The position numbers and the translations under genes are program-made. The notes under the pieces are model-generated. The model saw nothing but the letters and a program-made list of their open reading frames with translations. It was not told the DNA's origin and searched no databases. 64,000 nt of DNA from Prasinococcaceae sp. CCMP 1430 (Eukaryota > Plantae > Prasinodermophyta): positions 1-64,000 of the forward strand of contig RQSC01000806.1 of the NCBI GenBank assembly GCA_013416795.1. Reading direction: 5' to 3'. Below are positions 42,040 through 52,157 of the stretch, in pieces (position 1 is the first letter of the stretch; every line of letters starts with the position of its first letter).

Positions 42040-43413
42040 GCGCGCTCGACGCTCGACGGCATGAGCGCCATCAAGGAGCTGGAGGGCGTCGCGGTGGTAG
42101 GCAGCGGCGCCGGAGGCGGCACCGCAGGTGGGGGCGCGGGATCCGACGCCGACGCGCACGCGCCGGGCGAGTCGGGCGCTGCTGCCGCCGCGGGCACCGC
42201 CGCCTGGAAGCCCGCATCCACCACGCCCGTGGCCACCTCGGTGCCCGTCAGGAACTCTGAGGCCTGGTCGGCGCGGCGCAGCCACTCGGACTCAGGGGCA
42301 GGGGTCGGAGCCGTCGGCGCCAGCGCCGACGTCGTCCAGATGGTCCTCCCGGTCGCAGTCGCGGGCGCGGGCGGCGGCTCGGAAAAGAACGGCGGCGGCG
42401 GCGGCGGCGCAGAGCGCTCGGCGGAGAAGGACAAGGCGCCGTCGTCGCTGCGTAAGGGCGCTGCTCTTCCCACCGCACTCGCGGTTGGCGCGGCGCCGCT
42501 CACGCCACCGGTAGTGAGCGGCATCGGCTGCGCCCCGCTCATGGAGCCGCTCTCGCCCGTCGCTAGAGCTGGCGCAACAAGTCGCTTCGGCGCGCTGGGT
42601 GCTGGGGGAGCGCAAGCGGCGGGGCCTGCGAGCATGAGGAGGCGCTCACTCGACCGCAGGCCCAGCATGCCCCCGGCGCTCGCGCTGCGCCTGCAGGGCG
42701 GGCCTGCCCGTGCCGCGAAGACGAAGCTGCGCGAGCCCTTCGGCCTGCAGGCGCCGTCACTGCCCGCGCTGCAGAAGCCTGGGGGCCATCGCCGCAACCG
42801 GTCGTCGATTGACTCCATGCATGGCCTCGACCTCGACCTGATAGTGGAGGGCGTCGCCGTCACCGACGGCGCGGGCGGCGGCAACGCGGGCGGTGGACAG
42901 TCTACGCGCGATGTGAGCGCTGCGGGCAAGGCGAGTGGCAGGCAGGCACGCGGGAGCTTCGATGTGGACGACCCCGGCTTCTCACCCCGGCGGGGTGTGC
43001 ACAACCGGACAAAGCCGGGGGATACACGCTTCTCGTTCGTCGACCTGGATGGCCTGTCGATAGCCGCGCATGACCTCGACTTGCAGCTGCGCCTGGCGAG
43101 CCCGGCGTCGACAGAGTCCTCGTTCTCGGCAATGCCGATGCGCGACCCTCAGGGCAGTCCCATCGGGCGTCTGCGGCTGTGCTCAGACAGCCGCGGCTCG
43201 TGCGGCAGGCTGTGGACGCGAGAGGAACTCGCCGAGCTCAATTCGCTGCCGGGGAGCCGTGACGGCCTCACTCCGAGCTCTCGCGAGTCGTCGCTCGGGG
43301 GCGTGTCCGCCCCCTCGAGCGCCGAGCTGCAATCACCACCGTACACACGCGCGCCGATCTCACCGCTCTCTGCTGTCAGACGCGACAGCGGCCGGAAACC
43401 CATCAGTGCGTGA
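42040..43413 (+). CDS. Uncharacterised low-complexity Ser/Gly/Ala-rich protein (probably the last exon)
   Basis: 450-aa ORF; a CCGCGCAG acceptor at 42039 suggests upstream exons near the gap. Contains GHRRNRSSIDS and RRRSL basic phosphosite-like motifs. Confidence 0.6.
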   Translation, partial: ARSTLDGMSAIKELEGVAVVGSGAGGGTAGGGAGSDADAHAPGESGAAAAAGTAAWKPASTTPVATSVPVRNSEAWSARRSHSDSGAGVGAVGASADVVQMVLPVAVAGAGGGSEKNGGGGGGAERSAEKDKAPSSLRKGAALPTALAVGAAPLTPPVVSGIGCAPLMEPLSPVARAGATSRFGALGAGGAQAAGPASMRRRSLDRRPSMPPALALRLQGGPARAAKTKLREPFGLQAPSLPALQKPGGHRRNRSSIDSMHGLDLDLIVEGVAVTDGAGGGNAGGGQSTRDVSAAGKASGRQARGSFDVDDPGFSPRRGVHNRTKPGDTRFSFVDLDGLSIAAHDLDLQLRLASPASTESSFSAMPMRDPQGSPIGRLRLCSDSRGSCGRLWTREELAELNSLPGSRDGLTPSSRESSLGGVSAPSSAELQSPPYTRAPISPLSAVRRDSGRKPISA

Positions 43414-43589
43414 CTTCGTGCGGCTGCCGACCCCGTGGAGCATCGAGCTTTGTACCATTCCCAGTATGTTTAAATCGTCGCAATTGCATCTGACGCGTGG
43501 GGGCGGAGCCCTGATCGTGCGCACGCTGAGACGCGTCTGAGCCGCCCCATCGCGGTGCCAGCGCGGCGGAGGCCAGTGGCCAGGCGGGA

Positions 43590-45765
43590 TTAGGCCTTCA
43601 AGAAGGCCCACTCGGAATCGTCGAGCTTGTGCAGTGAGATGACTATCTTGCGCTTGGCTGGCACGGCCTTGAAGCAGTTGCGAGCGGGTGCAACGGCCTT
43701 GTAGAGCCTCGGGATGTTGAGGTGCCACAGCGCGTTTTCGCTGCGCGCCCACATCTCGAGACTGCGCTCGCCGAAGTGGCAGCGGATGTCCTCCTGCGCC
43801 ACGGGCTCGTCCAGCGATACCGTGACGTCGATCCAGAAGTGCTCCGGCCGTGGAGGGCCGTGCTCCCAGTCATGCTCGCACTGCGCCATCACGTAGTGCT
43901 GCACCTCGCGGCGTGGCAGCGATCGCCATGCATTGCAGCCGCTTGGGTCGGCGGAAAGCAATGACACCAGTAGCTCGCTCTCGCCGCTGCCGCGGTCCAC
44001 GCCGGCCCTGTCGCTCTGATGCGCCTCGCGCCGCGTTGGGGCGCGCGCCGCGGTGCCCAGGAAGTCCGCGCGGAACGCCACCGGGGGCGGCGGCACCCGT
44101 GCGCGCATCTCTGGCGCGCTGGGCAGCTCCTCCGCCTGCAGCGGATCCACGATGGGCAACGGGTGCTGCAGGCCCTTGAGCACGACGTCGGCCGCATGCT
44201 GTATGCCCGGCATCAGCCCGGCGGCTGGCCCCGTCTGCAGCAATGTAAGCGGCCCAATGAAGAACACCGGCGCGTCGGGCCACGACAAATCGGCCTCGAG
44301 CATGGGCATGCCTTTCGCGAGCTCGCATGGGCAGAGCCTGAGAAACTCGCGCAGCGCCGGGTCTGCGGTCACATCGGTACGCGTCCCCGTAGCCAGCCAG
44401 ATGCGGTCGTACGCCTCCTCAGTTCCCGCGACCTCGTCCCAGGCGCCGCACGGGTCGTCCGCGAAGCTCACGCGCCACTGCGCGCCGTCCCAGCGCACGT
44501 CGGCCACGGCGCTTTGCTGGCGCACCTCGAGGTCGCCCTCTCGGATGTGGCCCTGCAGGCGGCGCCACATGTGACGGTTGATGGTGGCACCGCCGCGTGC
44601 GGCAGCCGCGCGCGCGGCGCGCTCCTTCGCGCCTTGGAGGGCGCGAAAGCCCACCAGCTCGCGGTTGCCCATCCAGCGCGGCTCCACCTCGAACTCGCGC
44701 TTCCTCAGCCTGCGGTGCGCTACGAGTGTGCACGCGCCCGCGCCGTGTGACAGCGCGCCGCACGCGAGGTAGGCGCTTTGCATGCCGCCGCCTACTACCA
44801 GCACGCGCCCTCCACCGAGCTCCAGGCCACGCAGATCCACCTCGTCGCCGCGCAGGAGCGCGTGCGCTGGCGGCCTTTGCACGCCCCCGCCGTCGTGGGC
44901 ATTGTTGTTGTAGTTGTTGCTGTTGGCGGAGACGGCGGCCTCAACGCGCCCGACGAACGCCGGCCAGTTGAAGACCTCCGGGCGCATTGCGTATACCACC
45001 GCGCGCGCCACGAACGACGCGCCGGACGCGAGTATCACGCGCACACCACCCTCCGTCAGCCCAAGCCGCTCCCGCTCGGCGTCCCTCAGCGGCACCAAGC
45101 GTCGCAGCTCGTCCCGCAGCACGCGCTCTAGTTGACGGAAGGAACGAGGGGGAGCGCGCCGAGAAGGATCGCGCGCGCGTGATGGTGCATATACGAAGGG
45201 CAGCAACGTGTCAGTGTTCGCGACAAAGCACAGTCGCTGGCATGCGTGGCGCGAGCGCAGCTGCCACCGTCTTACCGCGCACACCGAGCATGGCGTCTGA
45301 TACCATGTACGCACAGAACTCGGCGAAGAGGCGCGCGCCAGGGAGCTCGACGAAGTCTTTCGATGACGCCGTGAGCTCGTCAAGACGGGAGTTGCTCGCC
45401 GCGGCCCCATTGCGCCTGTCTACCACGCCGTTGTCGGCCATCCCGGCGAAGCGCGCGAGGGCGCGCGGGTCGGGGTGTGGGGACTGCGTCACGGGTGAGC
45501 GCACGCAGTCGGATTCGAGGCGCGCGTGCGCGCGCCGCCAGCGCGCGCACCAGCGGCCGCTGGGGTCGACGAAGGCCACGTGGGGGAGGAGGCGGCGCGG
45601 TAGGCGCGCGGCAAGGGCGAGGGCCTCCATCTCGCAGCCGTACACGAGGAGGGGGACGACGCGCGACAGGTCGTGCACCTCCTCACCGCTGCCCGCAGTC
45701 CTCGCCGCGTTGCCGCCGCCGCCGCCACTACCGCCGCCGCCGCCCCCACCGCCGCCGCCGCCCAT
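43590..45765 (-). CDS. FAD/NAD(P)-dependent oxidoreductase (Lys/Orn N-hydroxylase-like superfamily) with C-terminal CS (p23-like) domain
   Basis: Exons 45765-45276 and 45127-43590. Motifs W..W..AHARLESDCVRSPVTQSPHPDPRAL, NAD(P)-binding VLVVGGGMQSAYLA, YDRIWLATG and FFIGPL..LQTGPAAGLMPG. The C-terminal beta-sandwich ends KIVISLHKLDDSEWAFL. Confidence 0.78.
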
Positions 45766-46157
45766 CGTGCCCCGTGCGGCGGTTGCCCAGACCTCGCACG
45801 GCGTGCGCCCAATGGCGCGGGCACGAGCGAGAGCGACCACGCACACACGCACACACACGCACACGCGCAGTGGCGGGTGCGTGGGGGCAACGCGCGCACG
45901 GGGGAACGCGCGGGCGGGCGGACGAACCGGCGCCGCCCGGGCTGCCCCGGGTCTAACTCCACGTATAGGGTATTCTTGCAGGATTCTGAAGACTTATGAT
46001 TTTCTACCCGGGTAATCAGGAGAAGACCCCGGGTACTTGGCACGCACGCATGCTGCTAGGCACGTGGCGGGATGCCCGCCGCGTGCCACACCCCGCGCGT
46101 GCCTCCCTCATCTCCTCCTCCCCCACTTCTTTCCCCCAGCCCTCAGCGCCCGCAGCA

Positions 46158-47227
46158 ATGTCGACAGTGGCACGCGGCCTGGTCGGCGACATGAAGATCC
46201 ACCGCGCGGTCAACAACGGCGACCTCGACGCCATCGTGAAGGCCGTCGAGGACGGCGCGGACGTCAACGAGGTGCGGTGTGCGCTCGCCGCGCCCTTTCG
46301 AGCGCGCGCGCCCCCGCGCGCACGCACGCCCCCGGCGCTCCCGCCGCTGACGCCGCGCCGCCGCACAGGTCGAGGCGGTACGTGCGATGGAAGGGGGTGC
46401 CTCGGCTGCGCCGCGCCGCGCGGCACTCACACCTCCCGGCGCGGGCCGCGCTCTGCGCTGGCGGCGTGCGTGTGCGTGTTGGGGTGGTTGCGGGGGGGGG
46501 GGGGAGGCGAAGGGGCACCCCAAATTCCGCCGTTATTTTTTGTTTCGAAAGTGTGTTATAAGCTCGTGCTAGCTCACGGGAGAGCTAGACCGGAGCGGTG
46601 CGCGGTGTGTGGGTGCAGCGCAGCTGCGGCGCGTGGGCCCACGCAGGTGCGTGCTCGGGCTGACCGCCGGCGCCTGTCAAACGTCATCGCCGCGCTCATC
46701 CAGGCCGGCAACACGCCGCTTCACAACGCAGCCTACGAAGGCAAGATCGAGGTGGCGCAGGTGCTGCTGCAGATGGGCGCGGACGTGAATGCTCTCAACA
46801 ACGCCGGCGATCGTCCGTGGCACTGGGCGAACAACATGGACAACGAGGCGATGATGGCGTTCCTCGAGAAGAACGGCGCGAACAAGGACCAGGGTCGTGT
46901 GCTGTTGCAGGACCACGTGCCAAAGACCAAGGGTGAGTCAGGGCGACGAGCGCGCGAGCGCCGTCGCGCGAGCGCCGTCGCGCGAGCGCCGCGGGCGCGT
47001 CTACGTCTCTCGTACGTGATCGGCTGATGTGCGCACACCGGTGTCCCTCGGCCCCTGCGCGCGCGCGGCCCTCAATACCTCCCTCGATCTCGCGCGTACC
47101 CTTCGCGACAGACTTCTACGAAAACTACCCCGAGCACCCGCCGCCGCACCCTGAGTACCTTGAGTGGCGCGAGGAGGAGGACCGCAAGTACGAGCAGGAG
47201 AAGCACAAGCTCATCCCGGGCATGTAA
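46158..47227 (+). CDS. Small ankyrin-repeat protein, 4 exons including a 9-nt microexon
   Basis: Exons 46158-46271, 46369-46377, 46704-46932, 47112-47227. Spliced product GADVNE-VEA-AGNTPLHNAA..GADVNALNNAGDRPWHWA. Confidence 0.85.
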
Positions 47228-47252
47228 CCACACATAGTAGTAAAGAGTATGC

Positions 47253-48287
47253 CTAAAGTCTGCCCGTCTCTCTCAGCCATCGCAAGCCGTGCGCCACGCT
47301 GACGACGCTCGGCGGCAGCATGTCGCCACCGCACGCAATCTCGTCGAGCCTGCTCACGCTGACCTCGTGTACCTCTTTTGTTTCGCGGGTATGCGCATGT
47401 CAGCGGACCGTCCACGACGTGCGATGACGACGCACCCGCCGGAGCGCCTTTCCGACGGCGCTCGCGCTCTCGCGCTCTCAATCTTCTCACGCGCGCGCCC
47501 TCTGACTCACCTATGAGCTCCTCTGCGTCGCGCTGCGCTCTCTCGCCAGCGGCGTCCAGCGCGCGCACATCGCACGCGTATGGCACAAACCGGTTGAGGC
47601 ACCACTTGCCCTCGAGGATACCAGGGTGATCGTCAGGCAGCAGGCGCTGCCAGTTGGTGCCCTCCATGCGCGCCTCCTGCGAGCGTTTTGTGGGGCGAAG
47701 GTGCATTGCGCGTGGACGTGCGCGCGCGTGAGTACATGAGGCACCCACCACGTGCGAACGAGCGCACGGCCAGCGACAGGGAGGGAGGGAGAGAGAGCTT
47801 AGGGGAGGAAGAACACGCTCGGCGAGATAGCGCCGCGGTGGAGGGCACGCACCTCTGCGAGCTCGGCCTTTGCTGCCTCCAGTAGCCCGTCGCTGCCCTC
47901 GCCGTGCCGCCCCGGGTCCCAACCGCCGCAAGGTAGACTCCACACCCATGCGTTTGCACCCTGAGAGTACTCACGCAGCAGCGGCACCGAGCGCGTGCGC
48001 GCGTCGTACCCGAAGACGCATACGAAGCGGAAGTTGCATCGCGGGTGACCGACCACGTCGAAGGCGACTTCTTGTCCCCCGGGATACTGTACTCGACGGT
48101 CGTATACAGTCAGGTAGCGCTTGTATGCGACCTCGTCCTCGCGGATCACGCGGAGCTGCCCGCCATGATCGCTTTCCCCGCCGCCGCCGCGACTGCCGCC
48201 GCCGCCGTTGGCCATCGATGCCGCTCGGCGTGTGCGCGTCGAGAGAGCGACGCGTAGCGTGGGCGAGCGCGAGGCTACGCGCAGCAT
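47253..48287 (-). CDS. Nudix-family hydrolase
   Basis: Exons 48287-47853, 47676-47511, 47374-47253. Nudix-box-like LPCGGWD..LLEAAKAELAE|EARM, preceded by FDVVGHP..FVCVF..LLREYSQG. Confidence 0.8.
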
Positions 48288-48484
48288 GCGGCGGAGTCTG
48301 CGCGCGCGCACGGGCGGCCGCGTGGCACGCCCGCGGAGTGGCGCTGCGGTCGGCGGCGCGCAGCAGAGCCCCCCCCCTACCCACCCACCCACCCACACAC
48401 ACACACACACAAAGCTGCGCAACTGCGAGCGCATTGAGTTGGGGATGGATGCGACTTAGTACAAAATGAATGGGTTGTGGCACT

Positions 48485-50065
48485 CTATGAGCGGCGGCAT
48501 TCCCTCAGGTCCGCCAAGCACGAACCCGTCAGGTTCAGAGTAAGGTCATAGGAGTACCGCAGCCTGTCCGTGCGCTCAAAGGCGAAGTCGAACTTCGCCA
48601 GCATGCGCGCCACGACCAACACCGTCTCGGTGACTCCCAGCCGCGTGCCCAGGCATCCGCGCGGACCCGCACCGAAGGGTAGCCACGCGAAGGGGTGACG
48701 CTCGGTCGCGGCCGCCTCGTCGAGGAAGCGCTCAGGGCGGAAGGAGTCGGGGTCGGAGCCCCACTGGCGCTCGTCGCGGCCGAGGAAGTACGGGGACCAG
48801 CAAGCGACGGAGCCCTCCTCTGTCGCATAGCCGGCGAGTGTCTCGTCGCGCACGCTGCGTCGGCCAATGAATGGCACCGGCGGGTAGAGCCGCAGTACTT
48901 CCTTGCAAGCAGCTGCGACGTACGGCAGTTCCCCAAGCACCGTATCGAGCTGTAATTCATCCAAGCTAGGCACGGCTCGTACCTCTTCGAGTGCCCTCTC
49001 GAGCGCGCGCTCGTTGCCCTGCGCGTGCAGCAAGAACAGCGTGGCGGTGATGGTGCTTGCTGTCGTGTCCGATCCCGCGATCACCAAATCGAAGAGGACG
49101 TACAGGATTTGCTCATCTGGAACCTCTTGATCAAGAAGAACTCCCAGCAGGTCGGCGCGGCCGCTGCTGCCGCCATCCGTGCCGCTCGCGCGCTGCTTTC
49201 TTCGGTCTTCGATGATCTCGAGCACGAGTGCGCGCAGTCGCTCCAGCAGGCCGCCCTCACCCGCCACGCGCGAGTAATTTGAGCTCAGTGCAGGCGACAG
49301 CCGCCACAGCGGTGGGACCTCGTTGGCAGTGGCCACGATGCTCTCGAGGTAGCCCGCGATGACCTCAGAGAGCTCTGCTCGTCTGGACTGATCGACGGAG
49401 TCTGACGCGCCGAAGGTGACGGCGAGGACAACGTCGAGCGTCAGGCGACGTGCCTCCGCGTAAACGTCCTGGCGGCGGGCGACGCCCCCACCCTCCCTCA
49501 CACGCCCCGCGAGCCGCGCCTCAGCCTCTGCCGCCTCCGCCTGAATCGCTACCACGAAGGCGTTCATGCTGACTGGGCTTTCGAACGAGGGCACGCATGC
49601 CACCTTGTTGGCGCGGTGCGCGGCACCCTGCGCGTACACTATGCCACGGTCGAGCCCTAGCGTCGTGAAAAGCTCCACGGAGTATCGCTCGGGGAACGCG
49701 TCCGCCTTTGACACGACGGCCTCGCGCACGCTTTCGGGCGAGAGCAGGAAAACGTAGTCGCCGAAGGGTCCCAACGAGATCCTCGCGACGCCACGCTCGC
49801 CGTAGCCCTCGCGCGCGAGGATGCGCATCACCTGCGCACGCGCGCGAGAGAGAAGGGCGGTCAGATGCATTGGCGGGGAAAGACGCGCTCGGCGTGGGCG
49901 GGCGCGCGGGCGCGCGTCGCTGGTGACGCAGCGGCGACGCCGCACCTCCCACGGCGCGCCACCCCGCGCGAACGCGTAGAGCGTGTCCAGCGCCGAGGGC
50001 GCGGGCAGGGCGGGCGCATCGGTCGCGCACGCGCGCGCCGCGGCCGGCCGCGCGCGCGCCGCCAT
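48485..50065 (-). CDS. Cytochrome P450, probably organelle-targeted
   Basis: Exons 50065-49946 and 49831-48485. I-helix AGSDTT, K-helix KEVLR, PERF and heme motif FGAGPRGCLG. Confidence 0.93.
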   Translation of the reverse strand: MAARARPAAARACATDAPALPAPSALDTLYAFARGGAPWEVRRRRCVTSDARPRARPRRARLSPPMHLTALLSRARAQVMRILAREGYGERGVARISLGPFGDYVFLLSPESVREAVVSKADAFPERYSVELFTTLGLDRGIVYAQGAAHRANKVACVPSFESPVSMNAFVVAIQAEAAEAEARLAGRVREGGGVARRQDVYAEARRLTLDVVLAVTFGASDSVDQSRRAELSEVIAGYLESIVATANEVPPLWRLSPALSSNYSRVAGEGGLLERLRALVLEIIEDRRKQRASGTDGGSSGRADLLGVLLDQEVPDEQILYVLFDLVIAGSDTTASTITATLFLLHAQGNERALERALEEVRAVPSLDELQLDTVLGELPYVAAACKEVLRLYPPVPFIGRRSVRDETLAGYATEEGSVACWSPYFLGRDERQWGSDPDSFRPERFLDEAAATERHPFAWLPFGAGPRGCLGTRLGVTETVLVVARMLAKFDFAFERTDRLRYSYDLTLNLTGSCLADLRECRRS

Positions 50066-50563
50066 ACGCCTCAGGAGGGGCGAGGAGGGCAGGAGAGGGG
50101 CGCGGAGGAGAGGGGCGCGGAGGAGAGGGAGGGAGGGAGGGAAGGGGACAGAGGGACCGCGCCGCCGCCGCCGCGCGCTGTGCCCCGCCGCGCAACGCAC
50201 GACGCCTTATCCAACCCGCCGCCGCGACTCCATGTTAAGGTTTCGTGACTCCCATGTTTAAGGTATACAAACACTACAGGGTTAACTCTTCGAATCATTC
50301 ATGTGCTCGCGTGACGGAAAAATGCAAGGGGCAATCGATCGCCCGGTGGCGTTTTTGAATTCACAATTCATTTTGACCTCCATATCAGAAAGCATTCGAT
50401 TTCCGCAACTTTGACGCTTGCTGTGTGCAGGGGGAAAAAAACGGGGGGCGAGCCGCGAGGCGCCACAGGGAGAGGCGGGGGCGCCCGCCTGCCCGCCTGC
50501 CCGCCTGCCCGCCTGCCGGCGCCGAGCGACGCCTGCGCGGGCGCGTTGACAGCGGAGGCGCCG

Positions 50564-52100
50564 ATGGGCGCGTTAGTGCGCGCCGCGCTGCCCGAGTGGG
50601 CGGGCGACGCGCTGCTGGGCGCGACCCCGCCGCCGCCGCCGCCGCCGTTCATGGAGGCGGCCCTCTGCGCGACGGTCGCGCTCTGGGTGTTCGAGTCGCT
50701 GCTCGTCGCGAGGCAGATGCGCGCCGTGCGGCGCGCGACCAGCGTGCCGTCCGAGCTCGCAGAGCTTATCAGCGTGGACAAGTTCGCGAAGAGTCGCGCG
50801 TACGAGCTCGACAAGGGGTCCTTTGCGCTCTTCTCCGGGCTGGTTGAGACGGCGCTCAACGTCGCGGCCACTTGCTTTTGTGCGATGCCGCTCGCATGGG
50901 CCGCGTCAGAGGGCGTAGTCGCGCAAGTGCAGGCCGCGTGCGCGCGGTTCGGGCTGGCGGTGACCCTGGAGGGCGAGGCGTGGCGATCGGTGGCCTTCGT
51001 CTTGCTCTTCGAGACCTTCGAATCGGTGATCGCGCTGCCGATGTCTGCGTACCGTACCTTCGTGATCGAGGCACGCCATGGCTTCAACACGCAGACGCTC
51101 ATGACGTTCGTGCTCGACGCGATCAAGGGTTGGCTGCTGCTGCTCGTGCTGGCGCCTCCCATTGTGCATCTGCTCGTGTATGTGTTGCAGATCGGCGGGC
51201 CGATGCTGCCGCTCTATCTGTGGATGTTCGTCGCGGGCTTGCAAATGGTGATGATGACGCTCTACCCCGTGCTCATCATGCCTCTTTTCAACAAGTTTGC
51301 GCCGCTCAGCGAGGGCGATCTGCGCAATTCGCTGGAGGCACTCGCCACTACCGTGGGCTTCCCGCTAGGAGCCTTGCAGGTCGTGGACGGCTCGAAGCGC
51401 TCTTCGCACTCGAACGGTGGGCATCGCGCGACAACCTTGGGCGCCCGCTTCGCGCACCTCGACCCGCACTTCACCCCCAGCGAATGCCCCGGCGCTGACA
51501 CTGAAAACCGGCGCACACGCGCGTGCCCCCTTGACTGTTCATTTGCGGGCTCGCCGGAACCCAGCATACATGTACGGCTTTTGGAGAAACAAGAAAATCG
51601 TCCTGTTCGACACGCTGCTCTCTCAGGCCACGCCTGACCAGATAGCGGCGGTCCTCGCTCATGAGCTCGGCCACTGGAAACACGGGCACACGATGTGGAT
51701 GGCCATCGTTGCGCAGGCGGTCACCGTCGCGCAGTTCGCCGCCTTTTCGTATGTGCGCAATTCGGTGGACCTCTTTCGCTCGTTCGGCTTCGACATTCGC
51801 GAGGGCGAGGCGCTGCCGACGCTCGTGGGCCTCATGCTCTTCTCGCAGCTGCTCACGCCGATCTCTATCCCGCTCACCCTGGTGCTCAACGCTGTGTCGC
51901 GCCGCTTTGAGTATCAGGCCGACGCTTTCGCCGCTGGGCTCGGTTACGGCCAGGACCTTCGCAACGGGCTGATAACATTGCAAGAGGAAAACCTCAGCTC
52001 CGGCGTGGTTGATCCGTGGTACAGCTGGTTCAAACACAGCCACCCCGTACTCCCCGAGCGGTTGGCGGCCATCGAAGATGCGGAGAAGAAGACGCAGTAG
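50564..52100 (+). CDS. STE24: CAAX prenyl protease 1 (zinc metalloprotease M48)
   Basis: Exons 50564-51416 and 51565-52100. FVIEARHGFNTQT, DGSKRSSHSN|AYMYGF, HELGHW, RRFEYQADAFA and HSHPVLPERL. Confidence 0.95.
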
Positions 52101-52157
52101 GCGCCGCGCCGCGACAGGTGCGACAATTTTTATGATTACATGGCATTGTACATTACC

